A stretch of DNA of 64,000 nt from the IMG/VR virus record IMGVR_UViG_3300046170_000502, positions 113,352 through 177,351 of that record, one strand, 5' to 3'. This DNA is from a virus. Shown here piece after piece: positions 49,279 through 58,947 of the stretch; within the stretch, counting starts at the first letter, position 1, and each line of letters opens with the position of its first letter. Position numbers and translations under genes: made by a program. The notes below the pieces were generated by a model. It saw only the letters and a program-made list of their open reading frames with translations. It searched no databases and was not told where the DNA came from.

Positions 49279-50673
49279 ATGCCTAACAAAAGAATATCCG
49301 AATTAGATTTGAGTGAGCCATTACGATTTATTGATGGTTGCTTCAACGAATCCTATATAGAGCCTACGGAAACAGGGGTGACTCAAGATTGGTTTTTAAT
49401 GACCGCAAAACCCAAACTTAGCAATGAAAGAATATCTTTTTTAAATTTCCACAGATCAGTTCTGACAAACTCTATGTACTTAAGTGAAGACCAATTGGTT
49501 AGTGGGCAAAAAACTTTTGTCGACAAATGTCACATATCTAAAAGAGTAAATGTTCACTCGATTATAGACCCAACCCCAAGCGGAGATATAAGTGGTCACG
49601 GATTCGTGGGGACAACAGGGCTTTTCTCAAACATTATCGCGGGCACAGGATCTTCTGGAGTAGATGACTTGTCTATATATGGAGATGCCTTGTTTGAAAA
49701 TAATTTAATAATAGGTGGGACAATAGTGTTTCCAGGTCTATTTGAAGCTTCTGGAGATTTTAGTAGTCTAGATTTATCGGTTTCGGGAGAGGCTTTAGTG
49801 AATCAAGGTATATCTGTTCTAGGTGGTCAATCTCTATTTCAAGATGTAGAAATCTTAGAAAACTTAAAAGCTGACCAACTATCAGTTTCTGATATATTAT
49901 ATGCAGATGAAAATATCCTCTCTAGCGCAGGTTTAAGCTTAAATATGCAAGATGACGAAATAAAATTTTTGAGCGGCCAGCATTCCTACATTAAAATAAA
50001 CGAAAGTGGAATCAACCTTAAAGATGATATTCGAGTATCTGGAAATAACTTTTTTAACCTCTCAAATGAGCTGCCGTCTGGAGACTTGTATGTGCGGGGC
50101 GACATATATTCAGAAACAATTCACGCTTTAAATTCAGGAACGTATAGGAAATTTTACCCTGGTGATGATGAATCCATGGTTTTTAAAAGTAGACTATTGT
50201 CAGGGGCAAAAGAATTCGTAGTTAGTTTACCAAAAACTTTTCACGATAACCCAATAATAAATGTTAACCTACAGCATATAAGCGGAGAATTTATTATTCC
50301 GTATCTCATATCAGACTCAACGACTTATGAATATAAAATAAAATTTGGAACAAATATAAATGACGATAACTTCAATTTGCATACTACAGTTATGTCTCCA
50401 TCTAGTGGTGAATTCTCTTCAAACAAAAAAGGCTTCCAAAGATTTAAGACAGCCTTACCTTCGGGCGTGTCCAGTCAATTGATATCATTTCCAAACCCCC
50501 ACCAAGTTAATCCGACTGTTTCAATTTGCTTAGAAGGTAACGAAGAGATTATCCCCTACACAATATCTGGTGTAAATAAAGACAATTATCATATTATATT
50601 AGGAACAGAAACATCAGAAGATTACGTAATTCATACAATTTCAACCGAAGAGTATAACCAATCAACAAGCTAA
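49279..50673 (+). CDS. Tail fibre-like protein with two C-terminal H-type-lectin-like domains
   Basis: QLVSGQKTF, beta-helix-like VSG repeats, ISFPNPHQVNPTV. Confidence 0.65.
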   Translation: MPNKRISELDLSEPLRFIDGCFNESYIEPTETGVTQDWFLMTAKPKLSNERISFLNFHRSVLTNSMYLSEDQLVSGQKTFVDKCHISKRVNVHSIIDPTPSGDISGHGFVGTTGLFSNIIAGTGSSGVDDLSIYGDALFENNLIIGGTIVFPGLFEASGDFSSLDLSVSGEALVNQGISVLGGQSLFQDVEILENLKADQLSVSDILYADENILSSAGLSLNMQDDEIKFLSGQHSYIKINESGINLKDDIRVSGNNFFNLSNELPSGDLYVRGDIYSETIHALNSGTYRKFYPGDDESMVFKSRLLSGAKEFVVSLPKTFHDNPIINVNLQHISGEFIIPYLISDSTTYEYKIKFGTNINDDNFNLHTTVMSPSSGEFSSNKKGFQRFKTALPSGVSSQLISFPNPHQVNPTVSICLEGNEEIIPYTISGVNKDNYHIILGTETSEDYVIHTISTEEYNQSTS

Positions 50674-50674
50674 A

Positions 50675-52417
50675 ATGCCAGCAGACAATAGAATATCAAC
50701 TTTACCAGAAATCAGTGCTTTATATTCTGATACGGACTTATTGAGCTCAATATCCATTCCTAGTGGTCAAGAGAATTCGGACTCAGATACCTTGTTCCTG
50801 ATTACGAAATCTGGAGTTAAAAACGAAAAAATAACTTTCAAATCATTAAAAACTTCTATCGTTGGAAATACGGTTTCATTAACTGGAAATCAGATTATTA
50901 GTGGGGAAAAAACCTTTGCAGACATTTGTACTTTTCAAGATACTGTTTTCTTAAATGAAGTAATCGATACCTCATTCAGCGGAGACATTAGTGGATTTTC
51001 TTTCGTCGGTCAAACAGGTTCCTTCGAAAAGCTTGGGGTTGGTCAATCTTTTGCGAATAAATCAAGAAACCCTGATTACGCATTGCATGTTGATGGGGAT
51101 GTATTTATTGAGGGCCAATTTAATGCCTTGGGAAATATTCAATTTGGCGGAAACTTAGGTTTGAATGATATAGTTATTTCTGGTGATTTATTTGCAAATG
51201 GATCAGGCGTTTTTGCTAGCGGTATAAATGTATCGGGTGATTCTGTTTTTTCTGGATCCATGAACAACGATGGCAATACATCAGTCGGGGGCAATTTAAA
51301 TGTTTCTGGAGATATCTTGATTGATAGCAAAATTGTCCACACTAATGACCCAGACACATATATTGAATTTTCGGGAGAACAAGTCTCTATTGTTGCGGGT
51401 TCAGGTAATTCAATCACAATTAATGATGAAGAAATAGATTTTAAAATAAATGGGGTATCGCAAACCTCTGTAGATTCTTCCGGCAGACTATTGGTTAACA
51501 CCTCGGACCCTTTAGGTAATTTATCTGTAAGTGGAGACTCTTATTTAGAAAAACTTTACATAACAGGAAGCGATGGGTCTTGGCAACGGCTGACTCCAAG
51601 GGGTTATGATGAAGCGGTTAATTTCTCAACGAACCTTTTGAGCGGGCAAACGGTTTACGAAATAGATTTCCCTAAAACTTTTGGCAGCCAACCATTACTT
51701 TACTCCAATTTACAAAACAACACATCCGATCCTGTTTTATTTTTTAATGCATTTGATGTAAGCGAAAGTTCTTATTTCGTAAAATTTAACCAACCCCTGC
51801 CAACAAATAATTACTCAATACAAACGAGTGCAAGAACAGTGGGGGATTTTTCTTTACATCAAACAAAATCTCAAGCTTTCAAATATCAAGTAATCGAAGG
51901 GCAGTCTTCTTATGAAGTTGAATTTAATGAAGCTTTCGCTAAGCCCCCTACGATTTCTAGCTCCTTAGAATTAAAAATTTCACACAAAGTTGATGATCCA
52001 GGAGCTCTAGGGGATACTTTTATTGATGGGTGGGAGTATTATATCGCCGTAGGCACGGATACTTGGAGAAGAATTACTACTGCGGAGTCATTTAGATCAG
52101 TAGGCTCAAGAGGGGATACCGACTTTGACGATGATTTTTATTATGTTTGTATTGATGGAAGTTTATGGGGTAAAATTCCACTAACGACATCCTTAAAATC
52201 AGACCCTGGAACACTTGGAGATGTCGAATATGATAATAATTACATATATGTTTTTACTAGCGCGGGCTGGAAAGAGTCTCCAATTATCACTTGGCCTTCC
52301 GAGGAAGATAGAATTGTGCCTTATGTAATTTCAGATATTACAGAAAATTCTTTTAAAATTAATTTTGGCTCAATTGTAACATCACAGTATTTCCTTCATA
52401 TTATTGCGTCCAGATAG
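50675..52417 (+). CDS. Tail fibre-like protein, paralogue of the upstream gene
   Basis: QIISGEKTF, GDISG..FVG shared with 49279; YEIDFPKTFGSQP; inserted triple-repeat module. Confidence 0.65.
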   Translation: MPADNRISTLPEISALYSDTDLLSSISIPSGQENSDSDTLFLITKSGVKNEKITFKSLKTSIVGNTVSLTGNQIISGEKTFADICTFQDTVFLNEVIDTSFSGDISGFSFVGQTGSFEKLGVGQSFANKSRNPDYALHVDGDVFIEGQFNALGNIQFGGNLGLNDIVISGDLFANGSGVFASGINVSGDSVFSGSMNNDGNTSVGGNLNVSGDILIDSKIVHTNDPDTYIEFSGEQVSIVAGSGNSITINDEEIDFKINGVSQTSVDSSGRLLVNTSDPLGNLSVSGDSYLEKLYITGSDGSWQRLTPRGYDEAVNFSTNLLSGQTVYEIDFPKTFGSQPLLYSNLQNNTSDPVLFFNAFDVSESSYFVKFNQPLPTNNYSIQTSARTVGDFSLHQTKSQAFKYQVIEGQSSYEVEFNEAFAKPPTISSSLELKISHKVDDPGALGDTFIDGWEYYIAVGTDTWRRITTAESFRSVGSRGDTDFDDDFYYVCIDGSLWGKIPLTTSLKSDPGTLGDVEYDNNYIYVFTSAGWKESPIITWPSEEDRIVPYVISDITENSFKINFGSIVTSQYFLHIIASR

Positions 52418-52438
52418 TTTTTAAATTATAATATTGGC

Positions 52439-52467
52439 TTGACACGCCTCCAAGATCATGGTATAAT
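52439..52467 (+). promoter_or_regulatory. Consensus sigma70 promoter
   Basis: TTGACA-17-TATAAT with extended TG. Confidence 0.88.
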
Positions 52468-52477
52468 AAAATCTATC

Positions 52478-53014
52478 ATGAATCTATTATATAAAACAAA
52501 GTGTTATTTAGTTGGTCACATGCAATATGTGAGCGGCAGAAATTGGAGAGAAGAAGTTTCAGAAAAACTTGAACCCCTCTCGATTACTTGTTTTGATCCT
52601 TATAAAAAACCATTTATAAAAGATGTTGAAGAAGACGAAGCTTCTCGCGAAGAAATGGAAACATGGATGAGAACAAAGCAATATGATCGCGTAACAGAAA
52701 GAATGAAAACGGTGAGAGCATACGATTTGAATCTAGTAGATCGCAGTGATTTTATTATCGCGCACCTAGTTCCTGAAGTCGCGTCTTGGGGTAGCGCGGA
52801 AGAAATTGTCACCGCTGTACGAGAGAAAAAGCCTGTATTCGTGAGTATGGAAGGGGGAAAGGCAAAAACTCCGCTATGGATGCTTGGGATGTTTCCTCAT
52901 AAATATATTTATAATAGCGTTGAAGAAATCGTAGAAATGCTATATGCGATTGACAAAGGAAGCAAGCCTATAGATTCTGACCGCTGGAGATTACTAAGGA
53001 AAGAGTTTAGATGA
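52478..53014 (+). CDS. Nucleoside 2-deoxyribosyltransferase-like (NDT/Rcl) protein (start ATG 52478)
   Basis: CYLVGHM...WR...FDP...DLNLVDRSDFII...SWGSAEE...KPV. Confidence 0.7.
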   Translation: MNLLYKTKCYLVGHMQYVSGRNWREEVSEKLEPLSITCFDPYKKPFIKDVEEDEASREEMETWMRTKQYDRVTERMKTVRAYDLNLVDRSDFIIAHLVPEVASWGSAEEIVTAVREKKPVFVSMEGGKAKTPLWMLGMFPHKYIYNSVEEIVEMLYAIDKGSKPIDSDRWRLLRKEFR

Positions 53015-53130
53015 TCGAGGCAATAGCATCATCTTATTTTGAATTTTTTCCTGGAGATTTTATTTTATTTGGAGTTCTTATAACTGTACTCTGGTTCAGG
53101 CAACGAAAAGAAGACGAAGATTTTAAATGA
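53011..53130 (+). CDS. Small membrane protein (39 aa, not in ORF track)
   Basis: MIEAIASSYFEFFPGDFILFGVLITVLWFRQRKEDEDFK; ATGA overlaps at both ends. Confidence 0.55.
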   Translation: MIEAIASSYFEFFPGDFILFGVLITVLWFRQRKEDEDFK

Positions 53131-54120
53131 AAAAAGTTTTTAAATATTCGGACATTACATTAATACCTAATTATAGCGAATGCCTAACTAGGTCAAATTG
53201 CGACACATCTTTAGAGTTGTTTGGCAAAACTTATAAACTACCAATCATTCCGGCAAATATGAAAGCTGTAATAGATTATAATTTATCAAGATGGATGAGC
53301 GAAAATGATTATTTTTATATTATGCATAGATTTGACGAAGACATATACTCTCAAATCGAAACAGCGAATAATGAAAACTGGAAAACTATATCTTTTAGTA
53401 TAGGGAGTTCAAGATAAAGATAAAACAATTATACATAAATTAAGAACCAATAAATTAAGATTAGATTTTTTAACAATAGATATTGCGCATGGTCATTCAA
53501 TAAAAATGAAAAGAATGATACAATTTATAAAAGAAAATTTACCTAATGTAAAAATAATTGCAGGAAATGTTGCCACCCCACAAGCCGTCAGGCAGTTAAG
53601 TAAATGGGGCGCGGATATTGTCAAGGTTGGAATAGGTCAAGGCTCCCCCTGCACCACAAAAGATAAGACGGGCTTCACGGTACCGATGTTTTCTTGCACG
53701 CAAGAATGTTCTGGTGAATTTTCTCGCAACGAAAGCGCGAAAGACTTATTTGGAGTAGAGGGCGGAATAATTCCAATTATCTCCGATGGTGGAATATGCT
53801 GCAATGGAGATATAGCTAAGTCTCTAGTGGCTGGAGCAACAATGGTTATGGCTGGAAGTTTATTCGCTGCTTGCTCAGATAGCCCAGCAACACTAGTGAA
53901 GGTAGATGGAACATACTTCAGAGGTTATTTTGGTTCGGCGAGCTATCAAAACAAAGGTTACACAGATCATATAGAGGGTAAATTAAACAAACTTCAAGAT
54001 AATGGTATGCCATACGCAAAAAAATTAATAGAAATTGAGCAAGACCTTCAAAGTTCGATTAGTTACGCAGGAGGAAATAATCTTGACATTTTCCCTAAAG
54101 TTAGTTATCATATCGCATGA
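53127..54120 (+). CDS. guaC: GMP reductase (IMPDH/GMPR family; frameshift at GGG 53403-53405)
   Basis: IPANM, DIAHGHS, GNVAT, KVGIGQGSPCTT, DGGI, YFGSAS; removing one G gives a continuous 330-aa protein. Confidence 0.85.
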
Positions 54121-54620
54121 CAAATGGAGAGCTCAGAGCATTAACTTTTGACGACGAAGAGAATATAATTAACCTAATAACAACCTCGATTAGTTATGGA
54201 GATAATTTGCACATAGGGCACTTGCTACCAACAGAAAAAAATGTAAATGCGTTTTTTAAGTTTGAAATTTTCGATATCCTATTTGAGGACGATCCCATTT
54301 TTGGCTTTTTTTATCAAGGAGAGTTACTAGGTCTTTCTTGCTGCTCAACAAAAATAAATAAAATTTACCAACTAAAAGAAAAAACAGCTATGGGAACTAT
54401 TACCGTGGTTCACCCTCAATACAGAAGAAAAGGCATTGGCTCTAAATTAAGGCTTGCGGTAATCGAACAACTTAAAAAATTAGGCTTTAAAAGGTTTATA
54501 TTTGAAATTAAACATGACAATGAAGCTTCTTTAGATAACGCAAAAAAAATTGCTGACAAATTAAAAGTAAAATCAGACTTAATATCTTTCAAATTCGAGG
54601 GACATTCAGATGTTTTTTGA
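54117..54620 (+). CDS. GNAT acetyltransferase
   Basis: VHPQYRRKGIGSKL (motif A); NEAS. Confidence 0.8.
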   Translation: MTNGELRALTFDDEENIINLITTSISYGDNLHIGHLLPTEKNVNAFFKFEIFDILFEDDPIFGFFYQGELLGLSCCSTKINKIYQLKEKTAMGTITVVHPQYRRKGIGSKLRLAVIEQLKKLGFKRFIFEIKHDNEASLDNAKKIADKLKVKSDLISFKFEGHSDVF

Positions 54621-55218
54621 AGAAATCGTTGACTATCTAACCGACCAACAGGATGTTTGTCAAGATCAAATGCTTTTATTTAGTGCCTTGTCTTCAATAT
54701 TTATTGAATTCCCAATTGATAACGAACCACCAAGTTCTGCGGTCGTAGCCTTAGCATCTAATTGCGGATCAGATTTGCCTCACGCCTTAGCTGCAGGTTT
54801 AAATTGTATCACAAATCAGCATCTACCCATACAGCAGATAGCGTACTTTATATCTAATAATTACCAAAAGAATATAAAAGAAGTATTATCGCAAAATAAA
54901 GGTAATAAAATACTAGGATTCGGGCATCCATCAATCAAGGGCCAAGATAAAAGGGTCATTAATTTAAAGAAAAATTTTAAACACCTATTCGCGGATCACA
55001 CTAATTTTTGCCTGCGACTAGAAGAGCGTATGCCTGTACCCATGAACATAGGATGCATCATAGCTAGCTTATCTTTAGATAACGGAATCGTTGCAAAAAA
55101 TTGCTTATTTCTTCCCCTGCTAGGGAGGATGCTTGGGTGGTTAAAATTATACAACAAAACTCAGGGAAAATTCAATAAAGTAGTTCCATCTTTTGAGAAT
55201 ATTAAAAATGAGTCTTAG
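54610..55218 (+). CDS. Citrate synthase / citryl-CoA lyase-like domain protein
   Basis: PPSSAVVALASNCG...ALAAGL...H, ILGFGHP...DKRV, PMNIG. Confidence 0.7.
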   Translation: MFFEEIVDYLTDQQDVCQDQMLLFSALSSIFIEFPIDNEPPSSAVVALASNCGSDLPHALAAGLNCITNQHLPIQQIAYFISNNYQKNIKEVLSQNKGNKILGFGHPSIKGQDKRVINLKKNFKHLFADHTNFCLRLEERMPVPMNIGCIIASLSLDNGIVAKNCLFLPLLGRMLGWLKLYNKTQGKFNKVVPSFENIKNES

Positions 55219-55976
55219 CCAATATTTACTTTTCATAAAATCACCTAAAGAAGTTTTTGATTTTACAGGGTTTAGTAATCAGTTAAAAAACCAGTACAAA
55301 ACCCTAGATGGATACGCATTCGATTATAATGATAAAGAAATAACATCAATAAAGCTTTACTATAAAATATATACTAAAAAAAATATTTTTAATTGCGATT
55401 TCTTTTCGTGGTTCACGAAAAAACACTAAATTGAGCTCTAGCCTAAAAAAAACCCTAAAACCAACCCAAGATAACGGCAAGGTTTTATCGGGACTAAATT
55501 TTTCAATAAAATACAAACCTCAATCAAAGCAGGTAATCAAGTCAATTTATTTTGCAGACACAAATCAATCTTCTTTAGTCATAAACGAATCAAATAATTC
55601 CATATACTGCAATAAATATTACTACATATATAACACTTTACTAATAAATTTAATTAATCATTTATTTAAAATGAATATGCCAAAGCATAAAGAAGGTATC
55701 GAGTTCTCATTAAGAGGGCGAAAAGCGCATTGTACTGTTTTTCCAAAAATCGATAAACAAAAATTAGATTTACATTACAGCAGTTCTTATTGCGAAAAAA
55801 TGACAAAAAAATTAATGCAGTTTGAAAAATTTAACAGCGCACAAGATCTTTCCTTGTTTATTCATTCAAAAACAGAGAGATCTTCTTTAATAACTAAAGG
55901 TTACAGCTCTAACAACTCTGCTCAAAAAATATATTTCGGATGTTTTGATTGGAAAAAATCAATTTTTGAAAATTAA
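55208..55976 (+). CDS. Hypothetical protein (~255 aa; frameshift in the A6 run at 55418-55423)
   Basis: Removing one A joins the two track ORFs (FTKNTKLSSSL). Confidence 0.6.
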
Positions 55977-55979
55977 TGC

Positions 55980-56008
55980 TTGACATTATTGATAATATAT
56001 ACTATAAT
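55980..56008 (+). promoter_or_regulatory. Consensus sigma70 promoter
   Basis: TTGACA-17-TATAAT. Confidence 0.88.
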
Positions 56009-56015
56009 CAAATCC

Positions 56016-56189
56016 ATGAACAACAAAGCAGCTAAAACAATAAGAAAAATTTTAAACTTTGATCCCAATTGTGCGGATCCAACAAGTAAGAGAGTTTATT
56101 CTCGAGCTAAAAAACAATACAACAAATTATCACAAGGAGCAAAACCTTTATTCTTAGAAGAATTAAAAAATTTATATAACGCAAATTAA
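56016..56189 (+). CDS. Small basic hypothetical protein (start ATG 56016)
   Basis: The TTG start in the track is the -35 box. Confidence 0.7.
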   Translation: MNNKAAKTIRKILNFDPNCADPTSKRVYSRAKKQYNKLSQGAKPLFLEELKNLYNAN

Positions 56190-56191
56190 TT

Positions 56192-56536
56192 ATGGAAAAT
56201 CAAACAGAAAAACAAACAGAAAAACAGTCAGAATGGAAAAGCAGAGAGCTAGGGGCTTTATGGGTTCGCTCTGGGAAAAGCCAAAAGTATCTTTCCGGTA
56301 CTATTAACATCGAAACTATGCCTGGGGTTACCGAGCCGGTAAAAGTTGTTGTATTCACTAACAAAGGTAGGGAAAAGAATGAAAAAGCTCCTAACTATGT
56401 TATTTACAGATCGGAAGATTCCGCTCAAGCTAAAGAGGGCGTTCAAAAAGTTAGTCAAGTTGCTCAGGAAGCGGCGGACGAAGTTGTTTCGGAGCAAACT
56501 TCCAATGACGAAAATATCCCTGACGATTTATTTTAA
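56192..56536 (+). CDS. DUF736-like protein
   Basis: LGALW...KYLSGTI...VVVFTN...KAPNYVIY; acidic tail. Confidence 0.55.
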   Translation: MENQTEKQTEKQSEWKSRELGALWVRSGKSQKYLSGTINIETMPGVTEPVKVVVFTNKGREKNEKAPNYVIYRSEDSAQAKEGVQKVSQVAQEAADEVVSEQTSNDENIPDDLF

Positions 56537-56541
56537 AAGCA

Positions 56542-56724
56542 ATGGAAAAACCTTTTTGGTATAGCAAAAAATTCTGGACCGCTGTTATTGCTACAGCGGT
56601 TCCAGTCTTAAATCATACATTTGATATAGGGCTTAGTCAAGAAAATGTAATTCAAATTATAGGGCCATTAATGGCTTATATTCTAGGTCAAGGTTTAGCA
56701 GACCTTGGTAAAAATAAAAGCTAA
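56542..56724 (+). CDS. Holin-like two-TM membrane protein
   Basis: SKKFW motif, two hydrophobic helices, basic C-terminus. Confidence 0.5.
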   Translation: MEKPFWYSKKFWTAVIATAVPVLNHTFDIGLSQENVIQIIGPLMAYILGQGLADLGKNKS

Positions 56725-56742
56725 CCGTTCTTTAATAGTTTT

Positions 56743-57134
56743 GGGCGCGTACTGGATTCGATTTAAATGGAATTAAGTATGATGCAAGTCGAAGAGGCGT
56801 CAGGCTTCGTTAAAAGGCGCAAACTTGTACATGGCAAGAATAAAAATCGTGTTGTAGCTTTCAGCTCTAATGCTGGACAGCTCGCATTAGCAGCTTAAAC
56901 ACCTGCTACCCCTCCCTGTCAGACGCAGATACGGCAGACGAGGGGTCATCAATCTGCAAAAACAGAAAAGGTTTTATTGTTAATAAACTGTAGTTCACTG
57001 AATTATTCGGGGGCAAATAATTGAAACAATAAGTTAGATGTTAATATCATAACTTTAAAAAAAATTAACTAAACTTGTAGATTCCAACTTATTAAAATTT
57101 AAAGACGCGGGTTCGACTCCCGCCGCGTCCACCA
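56743..57134 (+). ncRNA. ssrA: tmRNA
   Basis: 5' GGGCGCG...CTGGATTCGA; 3' T-arm GCGGG-TTCGACT-CCCGC and CGCGTCC-A-CCA with G3:U70; internal tag 56833-56898 GKNKNRVVAFSSNAGQLALAA-stop. Confidence 0.95.
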
Positions 57135-57218
57135 ACTCGTTAAAAATTAATACAAAAATATGTATTCTAAGAAACAACTTTTCTCGTGATGTATACAATA
57201 TCACTAAATGAAATAAAA

Positions 57219-57224
57219 GTGTAA
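57219..57224 (+). promoter_or_regulatory. Candidate late promoter GTGTAA
   Basis: 19 nt before ATG 57244. Confidence 0.4.
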
Positions 57225-57243
57225 TAGATTCACATTGGTCGAT

Positions 57244-57540
57244 ATGAATTTTTTAAAAAAAATCACAGGTTTATTCGGAAAAGAAAAACCAAAAAAAGAA
57301 ACATACAAAGATGTATGTATCCTGCTCTCGAAATTGGCTACGTCTGCAAAAGAAAAAGGTAAAAAAATTCCCGATGGACTTTCAAAAGAAGATTGGAATA
57401 ATATTTTGTCTCAAATACTATTTAGCCTAGAATCAAAAATCAAAAACATACAACCCAAATCTCCGATAAGGAAAGAGCAACTTCGGTTAAAAAATCAAGA
57501 AGCTTTCAGCCTTTTGGAAAAATATATAGATAAATTATAA
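57244..57540 (+). CDS. Hypothetical protein
   Basis: ORF; GLSKEDWNNILSQI. Confidence 0.65.
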   Translation: MNFLKKITGLFGKEKPKKETYKDVCILLSKLATSAKEKGKKIPDGLSKEDWNNILSQILFSLESKIKNIQPKSPIRKEQLRLKNQEAFSLLEKYIDKL

Positions 57541-57541
57541 A

Positions 57542-57712
57542 ATGGAAGAAGACGAAGAAGATGAAGAATATGAGATTATTTTTGAGCCAGACGAAGCTTT
57601 AATTTTGGCTCTTAATGAAATTGACAACCTAAAACAATTAATTAAAGAGCAAAGCTCCTCTATAAATCAACTAAAAAAAGATTTTTTAAAGCTTAAAAAA
57701 AGTGAAAAATAA
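57542..57712 (+). CDS. Small acidic coiled-coil protein (56 aa, not in ORF track)
   Basis: MEEDEEDEEYEIIFEPDEALILALNEIDNLKQLIKEQ...; fills the gap exactly. Confidence 0.65.
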   Translation: MEEDEEDEEYEIIFEPDEALILALNEIDNLKQLIKEQSSSINQLKKDFLKLKKSEK

Positions 57713-57714
57713 AC

Positions 57715-57743
57715 TTGACTGTTTGCTGTTTTTATGGCATAAT
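57715..57743 (+). promoter_or_regulatory. Sigma70-type promoter
   Basis: TTGACT-17-CATAAT with TG extension. Confidence 0.7.
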
Positions 57744-57751
57744 AGTCTTAT

Positions 57752-58021
57752 ATGAAAAAAATCTCATTAAACAAAGATGGCACCCCAAGAAGGCGCCGAA
57801 ATAGTAAATCAGTTGCGATGCCAACTGTCTCCCTGTCTATTGAAGAAATTGCAGAGCTCGCCTCGGGCCAGGTACTAAAAGTACCAGTCAGTGAAGATTG
57901 GGTAAAAGGTAGATTATATGCAAATTACTTAGTCAATAAAACCACATCTCTCGACTTCAGCGAAGCTCAATCAGTAGAAGATAAAATAGAATACGCATTA
58001 ACAGACTTTGACAATGAATAA
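57752..58021 (+). CDS. Hypothetical protein
   Basis: 89-aa ORF directly after the promoter. Confidence 0.7.
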   Translation: MKKISLNKDGTPRRRRNSKSVAMPTVSLSIEEIAELASGQVLKVPVSEDWVKGRLYANYLVNKTTSLDFSEAQSVEDKIEYALTDFDNE

Positions 58022-58940
58022 TTATTTTTCGCATTTAATTGGTCAGGAAAACGTCAAGAAGAAATTAAACTTCTACTTAAAAGCCTATGGAGCCACAAGC
58101 ACCTGCCCATTTCTTAATTTAGTAGGAGCTAAGGGTTTGGGTAAAACTTTATTCGCCAAAGAGTTCGCTAAAAATCTAAAAAATAAAGATGGAGCAAAGC
58201 GCCCCTTCTTGGAACTAAATTGCTCAACAATCAAAAACAATGAGCAATTTTTTGAGCAGATATTTATTCCGCTGATCATGAATAATGAGATAACAATCTT
58301 GTTTGATGAAGCTCACGCCTTACCTAAGGATCTAACAATGGCGTTTTTAACTATATTCAATACGGAAAAAACGAATACTAAAGACTTCACCTACGAGGAT
58401 CAAACATTTACATTCGATTTTTCGAAGCAAACTTTTATCTTCGCTACCACGGAAAGCGACAAGCTCTTTCCCCCTCTTAAAGATAGATTAACTACTATTG
58501 ATTTTGAACAATATTCTTCTGATAATTTAGGTAAAATTATAGAGCTAAATTGTGATGGGGTTAATTTTTCCAATAACGCACTAGAGGTGCTATCTTCTAC
58601 CGTTAGAGGTAACGCAAGAAATGCGGTAATGAGATCAAAGGAAATTACACTTTACTGTGAAAGCGAAAATAAAAATACTTTCGACATGGAAGATTTCGAC
58701 ATGCTTGTAGACTTGCTCGGAATACTTCCGCAAGGTATCTCGTGCACGGAAAAACAAATTTTAGAAATCCTCTCAGACAGAGGAAGTTGTAAACTGCAAA
58801 CCTTATCTGCAGTTACAGGATTAAGCCCCACGGCACTCAGGAGAGACCATGAAGTATATCTCCTCAGGAAAAACTTTATTCAAATTGACGGCGAAAGAAA
58901 AATAACGCATCAAGGAAGAAATTTAATTAACTCATTATAA
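58014..58940 (+). CDS. ruvB: Holliday junction branch migration helicase RuvB-like AAA+ ATPase
   Basis: IGQENVKKKL, GAKGLGKT, LFDEAHAL, FATTE...PPLKDRL, RGNAR, C-terminal wHTH. Confidence 0.82.
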   Translation: MNNYFSHLIGQENVKKKLNFYLKAYGATSTCPFLNLVGAKGLGKTLFAKEFAKNLKNKDGAKRPFLELNCSTIKNNEQFFEQIFIPLIMNNEITILFDEAHALPKDLTMAFLTIFNTEKTNTKDFTYEDQTFTFDFSKQTFIFATTESDKLFPPLKDRLTTIDFEQYSSDNLGKIIELNCDGVNFSNNALEVLSSTVRGNARNAVMRSKEITLYCESENKNTFDMEDFDMLVDLLGILPQGISCTEKQILEILSDRGSCKLQTLSAVTGLSPTALRRDHEVYLLRKNFIQIDGERKITHQGRNLINSL

Positions 58941-58947
58941 TATATAA

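Noticed and set aside
17367-55976. Stop-codon reassignment as the cause of split genes
   Set aside because: The breaks change frame rather than being in-frame stops, and TAA, TAG and TGA all end intact genes.
57186-57204. GTGAT-N9-ATCAC inverted repeat after the tmRNA
   Set aside because: Only 5-bp arms, a single copy, and spacing does not fit CRP-type sites.
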